Both the position numbers and the translations under genes were made by a program. From Clostridiales bacterium (lineage in GTDB: Bacteria > Bacillota > Clostridia > Christensenellales > CAG-138), in contig DXWI01000002.1 in assembly GCA_019416935.1 (NCBI GenBank), forward strand, positions 103,618 to 167,617: a stretch of 64,000 bases of DNA, written 5' to 3'. Every line of letters starts with the position of its first letter. Positions within the stretch are counted from its first letter, which is position 1. Under the pieces are notes generated by a model, which was not told where the DNA came from, did no database searches, and saw only the letters and a list, made by a program, of their open reading frames with translations. Positions 15,307 through 24,490 of this stretch are shown piece by piece.

Positions 15307-16787
15307 TTCATTTTTGAATTGCGGAGCACTTTTGCTACGACTACTACAGCGACAATCACAGCGATGATGGCAAATCCCACAAGAATGGTTACCCACCACT
15401 GAAAAACAGGTTCTTCCGTTTCGTCCGTTGGTTCCCCGTCTGTTTCAATCACCATTTCCTTAATCTCAATGGAAAAATCAATTTCCTTTTTTTGTTCTTC
15501 TCCGGCTTCGTTAATGTAAGTGATCGTATAAAGCCCGGTTGTTTTTCCATATCCGCCGTTTACCTGACCGGCAAACACGGAGATTTCGCCGTTACCCGTT
15601 CCGCCGGGGACAATGTCGCCTAAGAACGCGGCAGCTTTGGGGAAAAGTCCCTCTCCCGTGACTTCAATCATCACATTTTTCAGTGTGCTTTTGCCTGTAT
15701 TATAGACGTTTGCGGGAATCGTAAAGGATTCTCCCGCGGTAACACTCTCCGGAATAACAGCGAGGATATCATCATAAGTAAAATCAGCCGGCTGGGTGAC
15801 GGCGATGAGAAATGTCCGAGAGGAGGTATACACTCCTCCGTATGCGTCCGTATAGTCAAGGGTTACGCTGAAAGGCTGGTTGCCCGATGTGGCGTCCGCC
15901 GTTGTTTTCAGCTTAAAAGAAGCCTTCTCGCTTTCTCCGTCTGCAATATTCTCAAGATGAATGGCGTTATTGGTTGCAACGGGGACGATGCTGCTTGCTA
16001 CAGCCGTGCCCTCACCGCCAGAGGACGTGCTTCCATAGGTAAGCCGCACGCTTCTTGCCCGAAGCGTCCCAATGTTTTCCACCGTAAGCGTCACCTCAAA
16101 CTCCTCATTGCCGCCGACGCTCGCAGGATTGATTTCACAGGAGCTGATGAACAACTCCGGTTTATCTACTGTTTCTTTTGTGGGTGTGGTGTTCTGCACT
16201 GCGTTTGGATCGACAGGCTCTTTGCCGTCCGTAATGGTGACGTAAATGATAAAGGTTTGTGTCATGAGAGAACCGTTTACGTCCAGATAAGAGGCGTTCA
16301 GTGTAACAGGATAGACGCCGTTAATTCTCCCGCTTGTAAGAGGTATGGTAAGCGTAAATACATAAGGTTCTCCGCCCTCTCTTGTCTGAGCGTAATTTCC
16401 AAATATAAACGGACTGTCCGCTGTCTGCCCAAGATCGGCGCTGAGCGTTACTTTCCCGTCCTGCGTTTTCCCAATCAGAGGCAATATGATAGACACATTC
16501 CCGTCCTTTACGATAGGGATATAGCCGTCTTCATAGGCTTTATTCATGCCGGGATACAGGTTCTTGCTGTCTATGGTAAGCTGTCCGGCAGAGATGACAG
16601 GCTCCGGTGTATCCATGTCCGGCGTGTCGGTTGGCGAAGTCGTGGGAGACGGCGTATCCGACGGCGATGACACGGGCGAAGAGTATGGCGTCGAAACCGG
16701 AGCAGGTGCTTCCTCGGCAAAAGCCGTAAGTGGTATTGTAAGGGTAAGCAATATCGTAAACAATAATATGAAGTATTTTCTTTTCAT
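15303..16787 (-). CDS. Exported Ig-like/CARDB-like repeat protein with signal peptide and C-terminal TM anchor
   Basis: 494 aa. Signal peptide MKRKYFILLFTILLTLTIPLTAFA, a P/S/T-rich linker, beta-rich body, and C-terminal WWVTILVGFAIIAVIVAVVVVAKVLR. Last large gene of the ABC operon. Confidence 0.6.
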   Translation of the reverse strand: MKRKYFILLFTILLTLTIPLTAFAEEAPAPVSTPYSSPVSSPSDTPSPTTSPTDTPDMDTPEPVISAGQLTIDSKNLYPGMNKAYEDGYIPIVKDGNVSIILPLIGKTQDGKVTLSADLGQTADSPFIFGNYAQTREGGEPYVFTLTIPLTSGRINGVYPVTLNASYLDVNGSLMTQTFIIYVTITDGKEPVDPNAVQNTTPTKETVDKPELFISSCEINPASVGGNEEFEVTLTVENIGTLRARSVRLTYGSTSSGGEGTAVASSIVPVATNNAIHLENIADGESEKASFKLKTTADATSGNQPFSVTLDYTDAYGGVYTSSRTFLIAVTQPADFTYDDILAVIPESVTAGESFTIPANVYNTGKSTLKNVMIEVTGEGLFPKAAAFLGDIVPGGTGNGEISVFAGQVNGGYGKTTGLYTITYINEAGEEQKKEIDFSIEIKEMVIETDGEPTDETEEPVFQWWVTILVGFAIIAVIVAVVVVAKVLRNSKMK

Positions 16788-16790
16788 GGT

Positions 16791-17438
16791 TTATTCCTCC
16801 CGTATCATGGTCATATTGCCCGCGTCCATTTCGCAGACGGTATCGCACAGCTCGTCGATGTCGCCCTGGTTGTGGCTGGCAAGCAATATGGTTTTCCCAT
16901 CCTCCTTTAAGCTCTTGATCAGATCGCGCATTTCGCGAACGCCGTGTTTATCAAGACCATTCAGCGGCTCATCTAAGATAAGCAAAGATGGATCTTCCAT
17001 AATCGCCTGTGCGATGCCGAGGCGCTGACGCATACCAAGCGAATATTTCCCTACGGGCTTTTTCATCATCGGATCAAGCCCGACGCGGCGTATGGAATCG
17101 GCTATTTCCGCGAGTCCTATTTTTTTGTTGAGGGACGCCAGTATTTCAAGGTTTTTTACTCCTGTTATATTCGGCAGGAACCCCGGCGTTTCGATGATGA
17201 TACCGAGGTCTTTGGGGAAATCCACATCCTTCCCAATCCGCTTGCCATTTACGATGACTTTTCCTTCTGTGGGCAACAGAAAGCCGCAAATGCATTTCAT
17301 AAGCACGGTTTTACCGCTGCCATTGTTGCCGACAATGCCGTGAATCTTGCCTTTTTCAAAATCTCGACTCACACTTTTCAATACTCGTTCCTGCCCAAAA
17401 TCCTTTGATATTTTTTGAACGCTAATGGCTATCTCCAT
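16791..17438 (-). CDS. ABC transporter ATP-binding protein (LanF/BcrA-like)
   Basis: Walker A GNNGSGKT, signature YSLGMRQRL, Walker B LLILDEP. 215 aa. Confidence 0.9.
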   Translation of the reverse strand: MEIAISVQKISKDFGQERVLKSVSRDFEKGKIHGIVGNNGSGKTVLMKCICGFLLPTEGKVIVNGKRIGKDVDFPKDLGIIIETPGFLPNITGVKNLEILASLNKKIGLAEIADSIRRVGLDPMMKKPVGKYSLGMRQRLGIAQAIMEDPSLLILDEPLNGLDKHGVREMRDLIKSLKEDGKTILLASHNQGDIDELCDTVCEMDAGNMTMIREE

Positions 17439-17441
17439 GTT

Positions 17442-18335
17442 TCAGCCCTCCGTTCCTGTAAAGTTAAAATTATAGGTTCGTATTGCCCGAAGCGACAGAA
17501 CAAACAGAAGGATAATCAGCACCCCAAAGATGACATAGGTCTGCCACAGCCTGGGCAATAAGTCATAGCCAAAATTGTGCATATGATAAGTAGCATGGTT
17601 TAAGGGGGAAAGCCAGCCCACCGCCACATTCGCCTTATACATTAGCTCGTCCGGGAGCTGAAAGATTGCTTTAATCGTTTCGGGATTCAAGAGAAACCCA
17701 TAGAGGCTGAAGGCAAATACGCCGATCACGCCTCCAAACTGCCCTTTTTTCAAATTGAACAGCAGCATGATAAACGCCATTACAAGCGTATACAGCAGCA
17801 TGAGCAGAAAGATCGTTCCCATGCAGGCATAAGGCGTGCTCATTTCAAGGGTTTTCACAAGAGCGGGAAGCGCCACCGCTTGCCCCGCGCCCGAGTAGCC
17901 AAGGATTGCTGCCGTTTCGCTCCACATATCGCCCATAAAGCTCTGCGTCATGCAGACAAGAGAAGTGGCGATCAGAATAAAGATGAGATAAATCGCCGTC
18001 GCCGCAATAATATACGCCGCCTGCCCGGCGATCCATATTTTGCGGTCTATCCGCATGAGATAGAATGGCGTTCCCGAACTGATAAAGGGCATATCCGCAA
18101 AAAGCAGCAACAGCAGCAGCGAGGACAAAAGGATGGAATTTGCGTCTCCGAACGTCCATACAAAGGCTTCCACGATCTGCATCGTCGTTTCATATTCCCG
18201 CGCAAACTGCACTGCCTTGTCGGACAGCAAAAAACACAGAATAAAGGCGAGGCAAAATGTGATAATGATGCGGGGGTTTTTATGCCAACCGCGAAAGTTA
18301 TATAGCATAACAGATAGTATCTGTTTGATTTTCAT
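17442..18335 (-). CDS. ABC-2-type transporter permease (multi-TM)
   Basis: 297 aa with about 6 hydrophobic segments. Overlaps the neighbouring permease gene by 4 nt. Confidence 0.7.
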   Translation of the reverse strand: MKIKQILSVMLYNFRGWHKNPRIIITFCLAFILCFLLSDKAVQFAREYETTMQIVEAFVWTFGDANSILLSSLLLLLLFADMPFISSGTPFYLMRIDRKIWIAGQAAYIIAATAIYLIFILIATSLVCMTQSFMGDMWSETAAILGYSGAGQAVALPALVKTLEMSTPYACMGTIFLLMLLYTLVMAFIMLLFNLKKGQFGGVIGVFAFSLYGFLLNPETIKAIFQLPDELMYKANVAVGWLSPLNHATYHMHNFGYDLLPRLWQTYVIFGVLIILLFVLSLRAIRTYNFNFTGTEG

Positions 18336-19096
18336 ATCTGTTCAAGCCTCCTTTTTGCAGCGTGGGAGAATAGCAGGCTAAATAGGATGATCAACTCCAA
18401 AAGCAGCAGCACCACGCCCGTATTGCCCCACATCCAAAACTCTGAGGGATTCGTCCACTCTTTTGGATAGAGGACATAAAACGTGTCAAAATACCGCTCA
18501 TAGAGAATGATGAGTACATAGTAAAGTACAAACGGCGAAGCGTACGCCATATATTTGCTGTTGGTAAGCGTGGCAAAGGTAAGACCGACAAGCGACCAGA
18601 ACGCACCGGAACAGACGAACAGCAGGACTTTTCCCATCAGCTCTTCAAAATAGGGCTGGGAAGCCGCGCCGTGTTCCAACGCCGCTTCCATGGGGGAGAA
18701 AACAAGCGCGGCAACCACATACCCCAGCAGCACGCCGAGGCATACCGAAAGTCCGCCCGAAACAAGGCTGCCGAGGATTTTTCCCAAAAGATATCCGCTT
18801 TTTGTCGTGCGGGGCAGGTATTCCTTTACAAAGCCGCTTTTGATGTCGTCAATAAAAGAGGAGGTAAAAGGCAGCGCCGCGATGATGGGAAGCGCCAGCG
18901 TCATGGCGTCAGAGGTGAGGGCGTTCATGATAAAGGTATGGTGAAAGCCGTTCTCTAGCAGTTCTTCTGAGCGGAATGCTTGAAGCACATCCTGCACCGA
19001 GGAAAGGAGAAGTATGGTAGCTGCCGCCAATATTCCGATATACATACCCTTGCCGGATACAGCCTGCTTTATGGCTCCCGGAATTGCTTTTTTCAT
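18332..19096 (-). CDS. ABC-2-type transporter permease (LanE/G-like size)
   Basis: 254 aa, multi-TM. First gene of the operon, with AGGAGGAG upstream of the ATG at 19096. Confidence 0.7.
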   Translation of the reverse strand: MKKAIPGAIKQAVSGKGMYIGILAAATILLLSSVQDVLQAFRSEELLENGFHHTFIMNALTSDAMTLALPIIAALPFTSSFIDDIKSGFVKEYLPRTTKSGYLLGKILGSLVSGGLSVCLGVLLGYVVAALVFSPMEAALEHGAASQPYFEELMGKVLLFVCSGAFWSLVGLTFATLTNSKYMAYASPFVLYYVLIILYERYFDTFYVLYPKEWTNPSEFWMWGNTGVVLLLLELIILFSLLFSHAAKRRLEQI

Positions 19097-19134
19097 AATC
19101 TCCTCCTTTCCTTTACAAGATCATCTTTTTTTCT

Positions 19135-19190
19135 ATTCTAAAGATCTTATTTACAAAAGTCGTTTTCAAAGTATTATCGTTTTGTTATCG
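19135..19190 (-). promoter_or_regulatory. Activator-type promoter of the ABC operon: phased direct repeat plus -10
   Basis: Gene-sense CGATAACAAAACGATAAT (ATAAC/ATAAT half-sites 11 bp apart, 19172-19190) upstream of TAGAAT (19140-19135). No good -35. Confidence 0.45.
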
Positions 19191-19302
19191 CGCAGGGATT
19201 TTTTCATGTTTTTCTCCCTCCTTTCCACGGTTTTGGGTAATAGGAAAGTAGGCATGGCGGTTTTCCATGCGGTCATGCCTGCTATAGACTACTCTTTTCA
19301 AC

Positions 19303-20706
19303 TCAATATCCTATACTTCTGTCAACCAGCGTTCCATCTATTGCATTAATTGTTAAAACGGAATTGAGTGGATCATCATCTAACTCGGAATAGGATTTTT
19401 CTCCATTTTTGAATGCAGTCGTTACGTTACCAAAGAAATCCCATACCGGAATGACAAGACCTGCGCTTCTTGTAGCGGGATCTGTGATTCGCATAAGGCC
19501 GAGTTCAATTCGATCAATATTGATCGTTTTGGACATATCATCACTTAGATAAGCATTTGTTACAACGATCATTTTATTGAATATATCCATAATTTTGTTA
19601 AAGTCCATCATCGTCGTGTTGTCTGTTATGACCTCGCTCACATCATAGGGGTTGATCCACTCCATGCTGACAATACCATCATTATTCACGAGAAATGTTA
19701 GGCTTTCATATTCCCATCCCTCTATAAAACCGCCTTTGCCATCGTCAATAGCTCCGCTACCACCAGCAGAGCCGGATGTCAGCGTAAAAGAGTTGTCCCC
19801 CAATACCCTTGAATAACTCAACTTATACGCTTTTTGTAATGTTCCGTTAATTTTACCAAATACAAGTGTCGATGTTTTATATGAGTAATCTGATATTCCC
19901 ATCAAAGATAACAATGTGTTTGCAGCATCAACTGCCTGATTTTGTGTAATCATAGGTGCAGGTAACAGGTCGGGGCTACCATATTCGTCAGTTCCAAATT
20001 TAATGTCGCTTTTTACGGCAGTATTCCATAGGTTTCCTATCTCAGCATAACTATCTTGACCTATTGAATATATGAGCCGATATTGGTTCGTGCTCGAGTT
20101 ATTTTCAATGAATATTTTTCTGTATTTACCGTCGCTACCATCCGACACGAGAAATATGGTTGGCACCCCGCTTAAAGTGGTAGAGAATTCGATAGGAGCT
20201 TCCACCAACCCCTCTCCTTCAGGCAGACTCTCCATTGCCATTTGAAATTTTGTAATGCTTCCTTGTATTTCTTGCCTTTTCTGTTCATCTGTTTCTAAAG
20301 CAAGCTGTCTCTGCCAATCTAAAATTGTTTGCTGATAATATGCTTTTGTCTCGAATACATCGCCGGAATAGGTGGTTTGGCCGTCAAACAATGCTGCAAT
20401 ATATGTCTGGCATTCCGCCTCTGTAAAAAGATGCTTTTCGACACGCGCAGTAGAAAGCCCGTCAGAATTAGGCACAATAACTGCGGCATCAACATTGACG
20501 GTAAGACTGCCTTGTGGGTTCGTTAATGGCTCATCAGCAGAATATCGGCTGGGCGCTGAAAAAGGAGTATCTCTGGATGTAACGGCTTTTTCAATCAGCT
20601 TCTCATTATCCTTACCAACTACAATCGGGCTTTCCGGCGTTTTCTGACAGGCGGCAGCGCCAAATGCCATAACTGTGATAAGCAATATAGCAATTACCTT
20701 TTTCAT
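19303..20706 (-). CDS. Lipoprotein, paralog 1 of a four-member uncharacterised family
   Basis: Lipobox MKKVIAILLITVMAFGAAAC, then the conserved QKTPESPIVVGKDNEKLIEKA. The conserved C-terminus is GLVIPVWDFFG...LTINAIDGTLVDRSIGY. 467 aa. Confidence 0.8.
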   Translation of the reverse strand: MKKVIAILLITVMAFGAAACQKTPESPIVVGKDNEKLIEKAVTSRDTPFSAPSRYSADEPLTNPQGSLTVNVDAAVIVPNSDGLSTARVEKHLFTEAECQTYIAALFDGQTTYSGDVFETKAYYQQTILDWQRQLALETDEQKRQEIQGSITKFQMAMESLPEGEGLVEAPIEFSTTLSGVPTIFLVSDGSDGKYRKIFIENNSSTNQYRLIYSIGQDSYAEIGNLWNTAVKSDIKFGTDEYGSPDLLPAPMITQNQAVDAANTLLSLMGISDYSYKTSTLVFGKINGTLQKAYKLSYSRVLGDNSFTLTSGSAGGSGAIDDGKGGFIEGWEYESLTFLVNNDGIVSMEWINPYDVSEVITDNTTMMDFNKIMDIFNKMIVVTNAYLSDDMSKTINIDRIELGLMRITDPATRSAGLVIPVWDFFGNVTTAFKNGEKSYSELDDDPLNSVLTINAIDGTLVDRSIGY

Positions 20707-20779
20707 ATCTGAACTACCTCGCTTTGCTGTTGTTGACACCATGATACGGGGAGCGCCGATGCAAAATCCATCACCAAAC

Positions 20780-20798
20780 TGTAATTAAAATGTAATTA
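20780..20798 (-). promoter_or_regulatory. Module-1 operator upstream of lipoprotein 1 (11-bp-phased direct repeat)
   Basis: Gene-sense TAATTACA-ttt-TAATTACA, overlapping the HK1 stop codon. TATCAT lies about 33 nt downstream. Confidence 0.5.
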
Positions 20799-22175
20799 TT
20801 GAAAGTGTACCCGCACGGTTGTGCCTTTTTCAACGCTGCTCTCCACCGTAAGTTCCGCATCGTGGGCGTCCGCGATCTTCCTGACCAGCGCGAGACCCAG
20901 ACCGCTACCTCCGCTTTTTTTGCTGCGGGATTTGTCCACCATGTAAAAGGGCTCGAATATGCGCTCCATTGCCTGCTCGGGTATACCACGGCCAAAATCT
21001 CTGACCTCTATGGTATCGCCGGAGAAGGTGAGGAGAACCCGCTTGTCCGGCGCGTCAGCGTCGTATGCCTTTGCCGCATTGTCCACAAGGTTGATGAGCA
21101 GGGACTGGATAAGGTCCGCGTTGCAGTTTAGTGTCCCGCCGCCGGAATGGGTGGCAAGAGTCACGCCCCGGTCGGCAAGGCTTTTCTGCGCGTTCTGCCG
21201 CACCCGGTCAAAGAGCACGTCAACCTCGCAGGACTTACGCTCGATCTCACGATCCAGAGTAATGATCCGAAGCAGCGTCTGCACCAGCCGCTCCAGCCAT
21301 TCGCACTGCGTTTCGATATGCTCTAAGGATGCATCCTTTTCCTCGTTCGTCATATTAGCACGGCGCAACATACGGGAATGGAGCAGCAGCGCCGTCAGCG
21401 GCGTCTTGAATTCATGGGTCACGCCGCCGATAAAGAGCCGCTGCCGCTCAGCGGTTTCCATAAGCTCAGCGATGCGCGTCTCCATAGCCTCCGCCATCCG
21501 ATTGAAATCGTCTGCCAGCGCGCCCACCTCGTCATGGGTGTCAACGCTGGCGCGGATGCCGTATTCACCGCCCGCAATGCGGCGGGCGGTGAGCGCAAGG
21601 GCGGTCAGCGGCCTTGTGCTGCGGTGCATTATGAGCGCGATGCAGCCCGCGCCCAAAAGGATGCCCGCGAGGCTTACGGCGGCGAACGTCCACGCCAGGC
21701 TTACGATGCTGTTATAGGTCGTGGAGATGTCCTCCACCACGTACACGGCGTAGGGCGTGCTCTTCACCATAACAAGGCTTCCCACAATGAGCACATTGCG
21801 CCCCTCTATCTCCCTCTCCGTAAGCCGGGCGCCGTATTCCCCATCGGACAGCGGCATAAGCGCGCGCGGGTCAACCGAAACGCCGGAACAGAGGGTTTCT
21901 TCCCCGCGCATCAAAACGGAGGAGGCGTCCGCAAAGCGGGAAAAGCAGTAGTTGACGAGAGAGGTCTCCACCGTTTTTGAATCGCCCTCCGCAAGATAAT
22001 AGCCCGCCATCTCGGAAAAAGAGGAAGCAAGGCTTTTCTGCTTGTCCCTTGCATAGCTGTAAGTAAGCTCCAGTATGCTGTTTTTGGAATGGATAAGGAG
22101 CACGGCGGAGCAGGCGGAGACGATGAAAAGCAGCACGGCGATGCAGATGAGGGAGGTCTTTTGCCAAAGCTTCAT
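20796..22175 (-). CDS. Sensor histidine kinase, module 1
   Basis: Two TM segments flank an extracytoplasmic domain of about 150 aa. HAMP region, H-box HEFKTPLTAL, N-box NLVDNAAKAY, G-box GSGLGLALV. The start ATG lies 1 nt after the RR stop (TAG-n-ATG). Confidence 0.85.
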   Translation of the reverse strand: MKLWQKTSLICIAVLLFIVSACSAVLLIHSKNSILELTYSYARDKQKSLASSFSEMAGYYLAEGDSKTVETSLVNYCFSRFADASSVLMRGEETLCSGVSVDPRALMPLSDGEYGARLTEREIEGRNVLIVGSLVMVKSTPYAVYVVEDISTTYNSIVSLAWTFAAVSLAGILLGAGCIALIMHRSTRPLTALALTARRIAGGEYGIRASVDTHDEVGALADDFNRMAEAMETRIAELMETAERQRLFIGGVTHEFKTPLTALLLHSRMLRRANMTNEEKDASLEHIETQCEWLERLVQTLLRIITLDREIERKSCEVDVLFDRVRQNAQKSLADRGVTLATHSGGGTLNCNADLIQSLLINLVDNAAKAYDADAPDKRVLLTFSGDTIEVRDFGRGIPEQAMERIFEPFYMVDKSRSKKSGGSGLGLALVRKIADAHDAELTVESSVEKGTTVRVHFQ

Positions 22176-22176
22176 A

Positions 22177-22842
22177 CTATCGTTCCTCCAATCGGTAGCC
22201 AAGCTTCGGTATGGCCCGTATCGCATCGCCAAGGTCCAGCTTCTTGCGCAGATTGGATATCTTTACATCTACCGCACGGGTCTCGCCCGCATACTCGTAG
22301 CCCCAAACCTCGCTAAGGAGCTGCTCCCTTGATACGGTCAGGTTCTTGTTCTTTAAGAGCATCAGCAGCACGTCAAATTCCAGCGGCTGAAGCTCCACCT
22401 CCTCACCGGCCTTTGTAACGACGCGTGTTTCGCTGTTTACCTCAATGTCCCGGATCCGGTAGATCGCGTTCAGCCGGCCGGTGCGCTTTAATACCTTCTC
22501 TATGCGCACCATAAGCGCAAGCATATCGAAGGGCTTGACGATATAATCCTCCGCGCCGTCCATAAGGCCTTTAATTTCTGATGCGGAGTCCGTCTTTGCG
22601 GTCATGTATATGACGGGAATATTGTATTTCTCCATGTAGGAAAACAGCTCAAAGCCGTCTATGCCCGGCAGCATGATATCCAGCAGGGCCAGATCATAAG
22701 CGTGGTCGTCCGCGAGGCTATCCGCGGCCTTTTTTCCATCGTCAAACACGGCATATGCATAGCCGACAAACTGCATGTTAAGCGCAACGGCTTCGGATAT
22801 GCCCTTGTCATCTTCGATGATGAGTATCCTGTTTCTTGCCAT
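22177..22842 (-). CDS. OmpR-family response regulator, module 1
   Basis: Receiver RILIIEDD...LALLDIMLPGIDG and winged-helix C-terminus RAVDVKISNLRKKL...GYRLEE. 221 aa. Confidence 0.9.
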   Translation of the reverse strand: MARNRILIIEDDKGISEAVALNMQFVGYAYAVFDDGKKAADSLADDHAYDLALLDIMLPGIDGFELFSYMEKYNIPVIYMTAKTDSASEIKGLMDGAEDYIVKPFDMLALMVRIEKVLKRTGRLNAIYRIRDIEVNSETRVVTKAGEEVELQPLEFDVLLMLLKNKNLTVSREQLLSEVWGYEYAGETRAVDVKISNLRKKLDLGDAIRAIPKLGYRLEER

Positions 22843-22901
22843 AGAAATTAACACCTCCGTCCATAATTTTATTATACACCCTGTAAGCAAGTCTACATCG
22901 G

Positions 22902-22919
22902 ATTGTAAGCGAATTGTAA
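22902..22919 (-). promoter_or_regulatory. Module-1 operator upstream of RR1 (autoregulation candidate)
   Basis: Gene-sense ATTACAATtcgcTTACAAT, with TTACAAT half-sites 11 bp apart. TATAAT is downstream. Confidence 0.45.
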
Positions 22920-22940
22920 TTTATGATGTCCGGTGTATGC

Positions 22941-22970
22941 AAAAAGGACGCAGAGGTTTTCTACGTCCTA
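22941..22970 (-). terminator. Terminator after lipoprotein 2
   Basis: Minus strand aggacgtagaaaacctctgcgtcc followed by ttttt. Confidence 0.65.
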
Positions 22971-22984
22971 AATAGTTTTGTTGC

Positions 22985-24394
22985 TTAATACCCTTTGCTT
23001 ATGTCAATGATCGTGCCGTCAATAGCGTTGACCGAGAGCAATATCATTTTGCTTGTGGTATCTTCCTCGTCACCATACTGACGGCTTCGCGTTCCGTAAA
23101 AATTCCATACAGGAACAAGCAGGCCCTGCCGCTCATCGGCGTTTTGTTCTATAATGCGCAGACTTTCCAATCGAATATCTGTAACATCAAGAATAAGAGC
23201 ATCTATATCGCGCGCTTGAAACTTATAGGTAACAAACATCATTTTCCTGAAAATATTCTGAATATCAGAAAAGGGTAAAAGCGAACTATCATCAACAACC
23301 TTCTCAATCATTTCAACAGGATATTCCCACGAGATGCCCCGTATGCCGCTGTCATCCACGGATACGGTTACGGTTTCATAATTCCATGACTCCATATAGC
23401 TGTTGCTTCCATCCTGCTGTTTATAGTAAGACTCCCCTAAAATAAATGCTGACGGTATATCCCCTGCTAATCGTGTACAGAAAGCAGTATATTTCCATGT
23501 GTTGTTGTCTTTATCATTTTTCAGCATCATTTCTGATGCGGCAAAAGGAAGGTTAACCTTCTCAAAAAAGTCATTAATCAGATCGACGGCAGCGGCGGGC
23601 GACAGCGCAAGTCCTTCTGCTTGTTTTGGAACAGATTCATCGTTAAGAGAGACTGTAATAGACTCTATGTTCGGCGCTCCGTCTGTGGGTGTTTCCGTAC
23701 CTGCCGCTAATCTGGAATATTCCAGTCGTGCGTCATGCATAATCCCATCATTCCCACGATAGGGGTTTTCTACAGAAAACCGCACCATACCGTCTTGACT
23801 GACGGCATGAATTCCTGTATACTCGCTTCCCCGGCCGTCATCACATACATCCAAACGCCCGTCCACCCGCTCGGGAGTGCTGGTTTCCGGTGCTTCTTCA
23901 TATAAAGCATTATAGTAGTTTAATTTTTCTTCATGATAAGCTCTAACATCCTCGTCCTCCGCTTTGGATATTGCCTCCTTGTGAAACAAAATGGCTTGTT
24001 CAATCTCCTGCTTTGTTAACTGAACAGATTCCTCAAACATTTCCATATCATTAACAAGCGCATCCCATAGAGGCGTTATCTGCTCCTGTGTAAATTCGCC
24101 AGGCTTTATACGGATAATATTCATTTCAGTACCATCAGGTACTTGTATCTGTGCATTTACGAAAATCGAAACATTCCCGTCCGTTTCCTCAAACGATACC
24201 TCCTCAAACGATATCTGCGTTTTTTCTTTCAAAGATAAATCATTATTTTCTGAATGTTCTGTTTCCTGCGCTTTTTCCAGCATGTTTTCCATGTTTTTCT
24301 CCACTACAAGTGGATTATCCGGCGTCTTTTGGCATCCGGAACATACCGCAAGCGTCATGAATGCGGCAAGTAATATGCAAATTGTTTTTTTCAT
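22985..24394 (-). CDS. Lipoprotein, paralog 2
   Basis: MKKTICILLAAFMTLAVCSGCQKTPDNPLVVEKNMENMLEKA. C-terminus GLLVPVWNFYGTRS...LLSVNAIDGTIIDISKGY. 469 aa. Confidence 0.8.
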   Translation of the reverse strand: MKKTICILLAAFMTLAVCSGCQKTPDNPLVVEKNMENMLEKAQETEHSENNDLSLKEKTQISFEEVSFEETDGNVSIFVNAQIQVPDGTEMNIIRIKPGEFTQEQITPLWDALVNDMEMFEESVQLTKQEIEQAILFHKEAISKAEDEDVRAYHEEKLNYYNALYEEAPETSTPERVDGRLDVCDDGRGSEYTGIHAVSQDGMVRFSVENPYRGNDGIMHDARLEYSRLAAGTETPTDGAPNIESITVSLNDESVPKQAEGLALSPAAAVDLINDFFEKVNLPFAASEMMLKNDKDNNTWKYTAFCTRLAGDIPSAFILGESYYKQQDGSNSYMESWNYETVTVSVDDSGIRGISWEYPVEMIEKVVDDSSLLPFSDIQNIFRKMMFVTYKFQARDIDALILDVTDIRLESLRIIEQNADERQGLLVPVWNFYGTRSRQYGDEEDTTSKMILLSVNAIDGTIIDISKGY

Positions 24395-24460
24395 ATGAAA
24401 ACCTCGCTTTCCTGTTTTACCACCATTATGAAAGCAGCCGCAAAGGATTTGGTTATCAAG
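24319..24460. repeat. Copy 1 of a ~142-bp near-identical repeat (5' end and promoter of the lipoprotein 2 gene)
   Basis: 76 bp are identical to 25852-25927. The next 66 bp differ mainly in the first 6-7 nt after the start codon plus one further mismatch. Confidence 0.9.
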
Positions 24461-24490
24461 CGGTCATGCCTGCTTTTTTCATTCAGCCGT

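Noticed and set aside
19166-19207. 13-codon ORF (MKKSLRDNKTIIL) with a strong AAAGGAGGGAG RBS upstream of the ABC operon; possible leader peptide
   Set aside because: It overlaps the predicted response-regulator operator and lies upstream of the predicted -10 (19135-19140). It would therefore only be translated on read-through transcripts. No attenuator structure is convincingly linked to it. It is kept only as a low-priority possibility.
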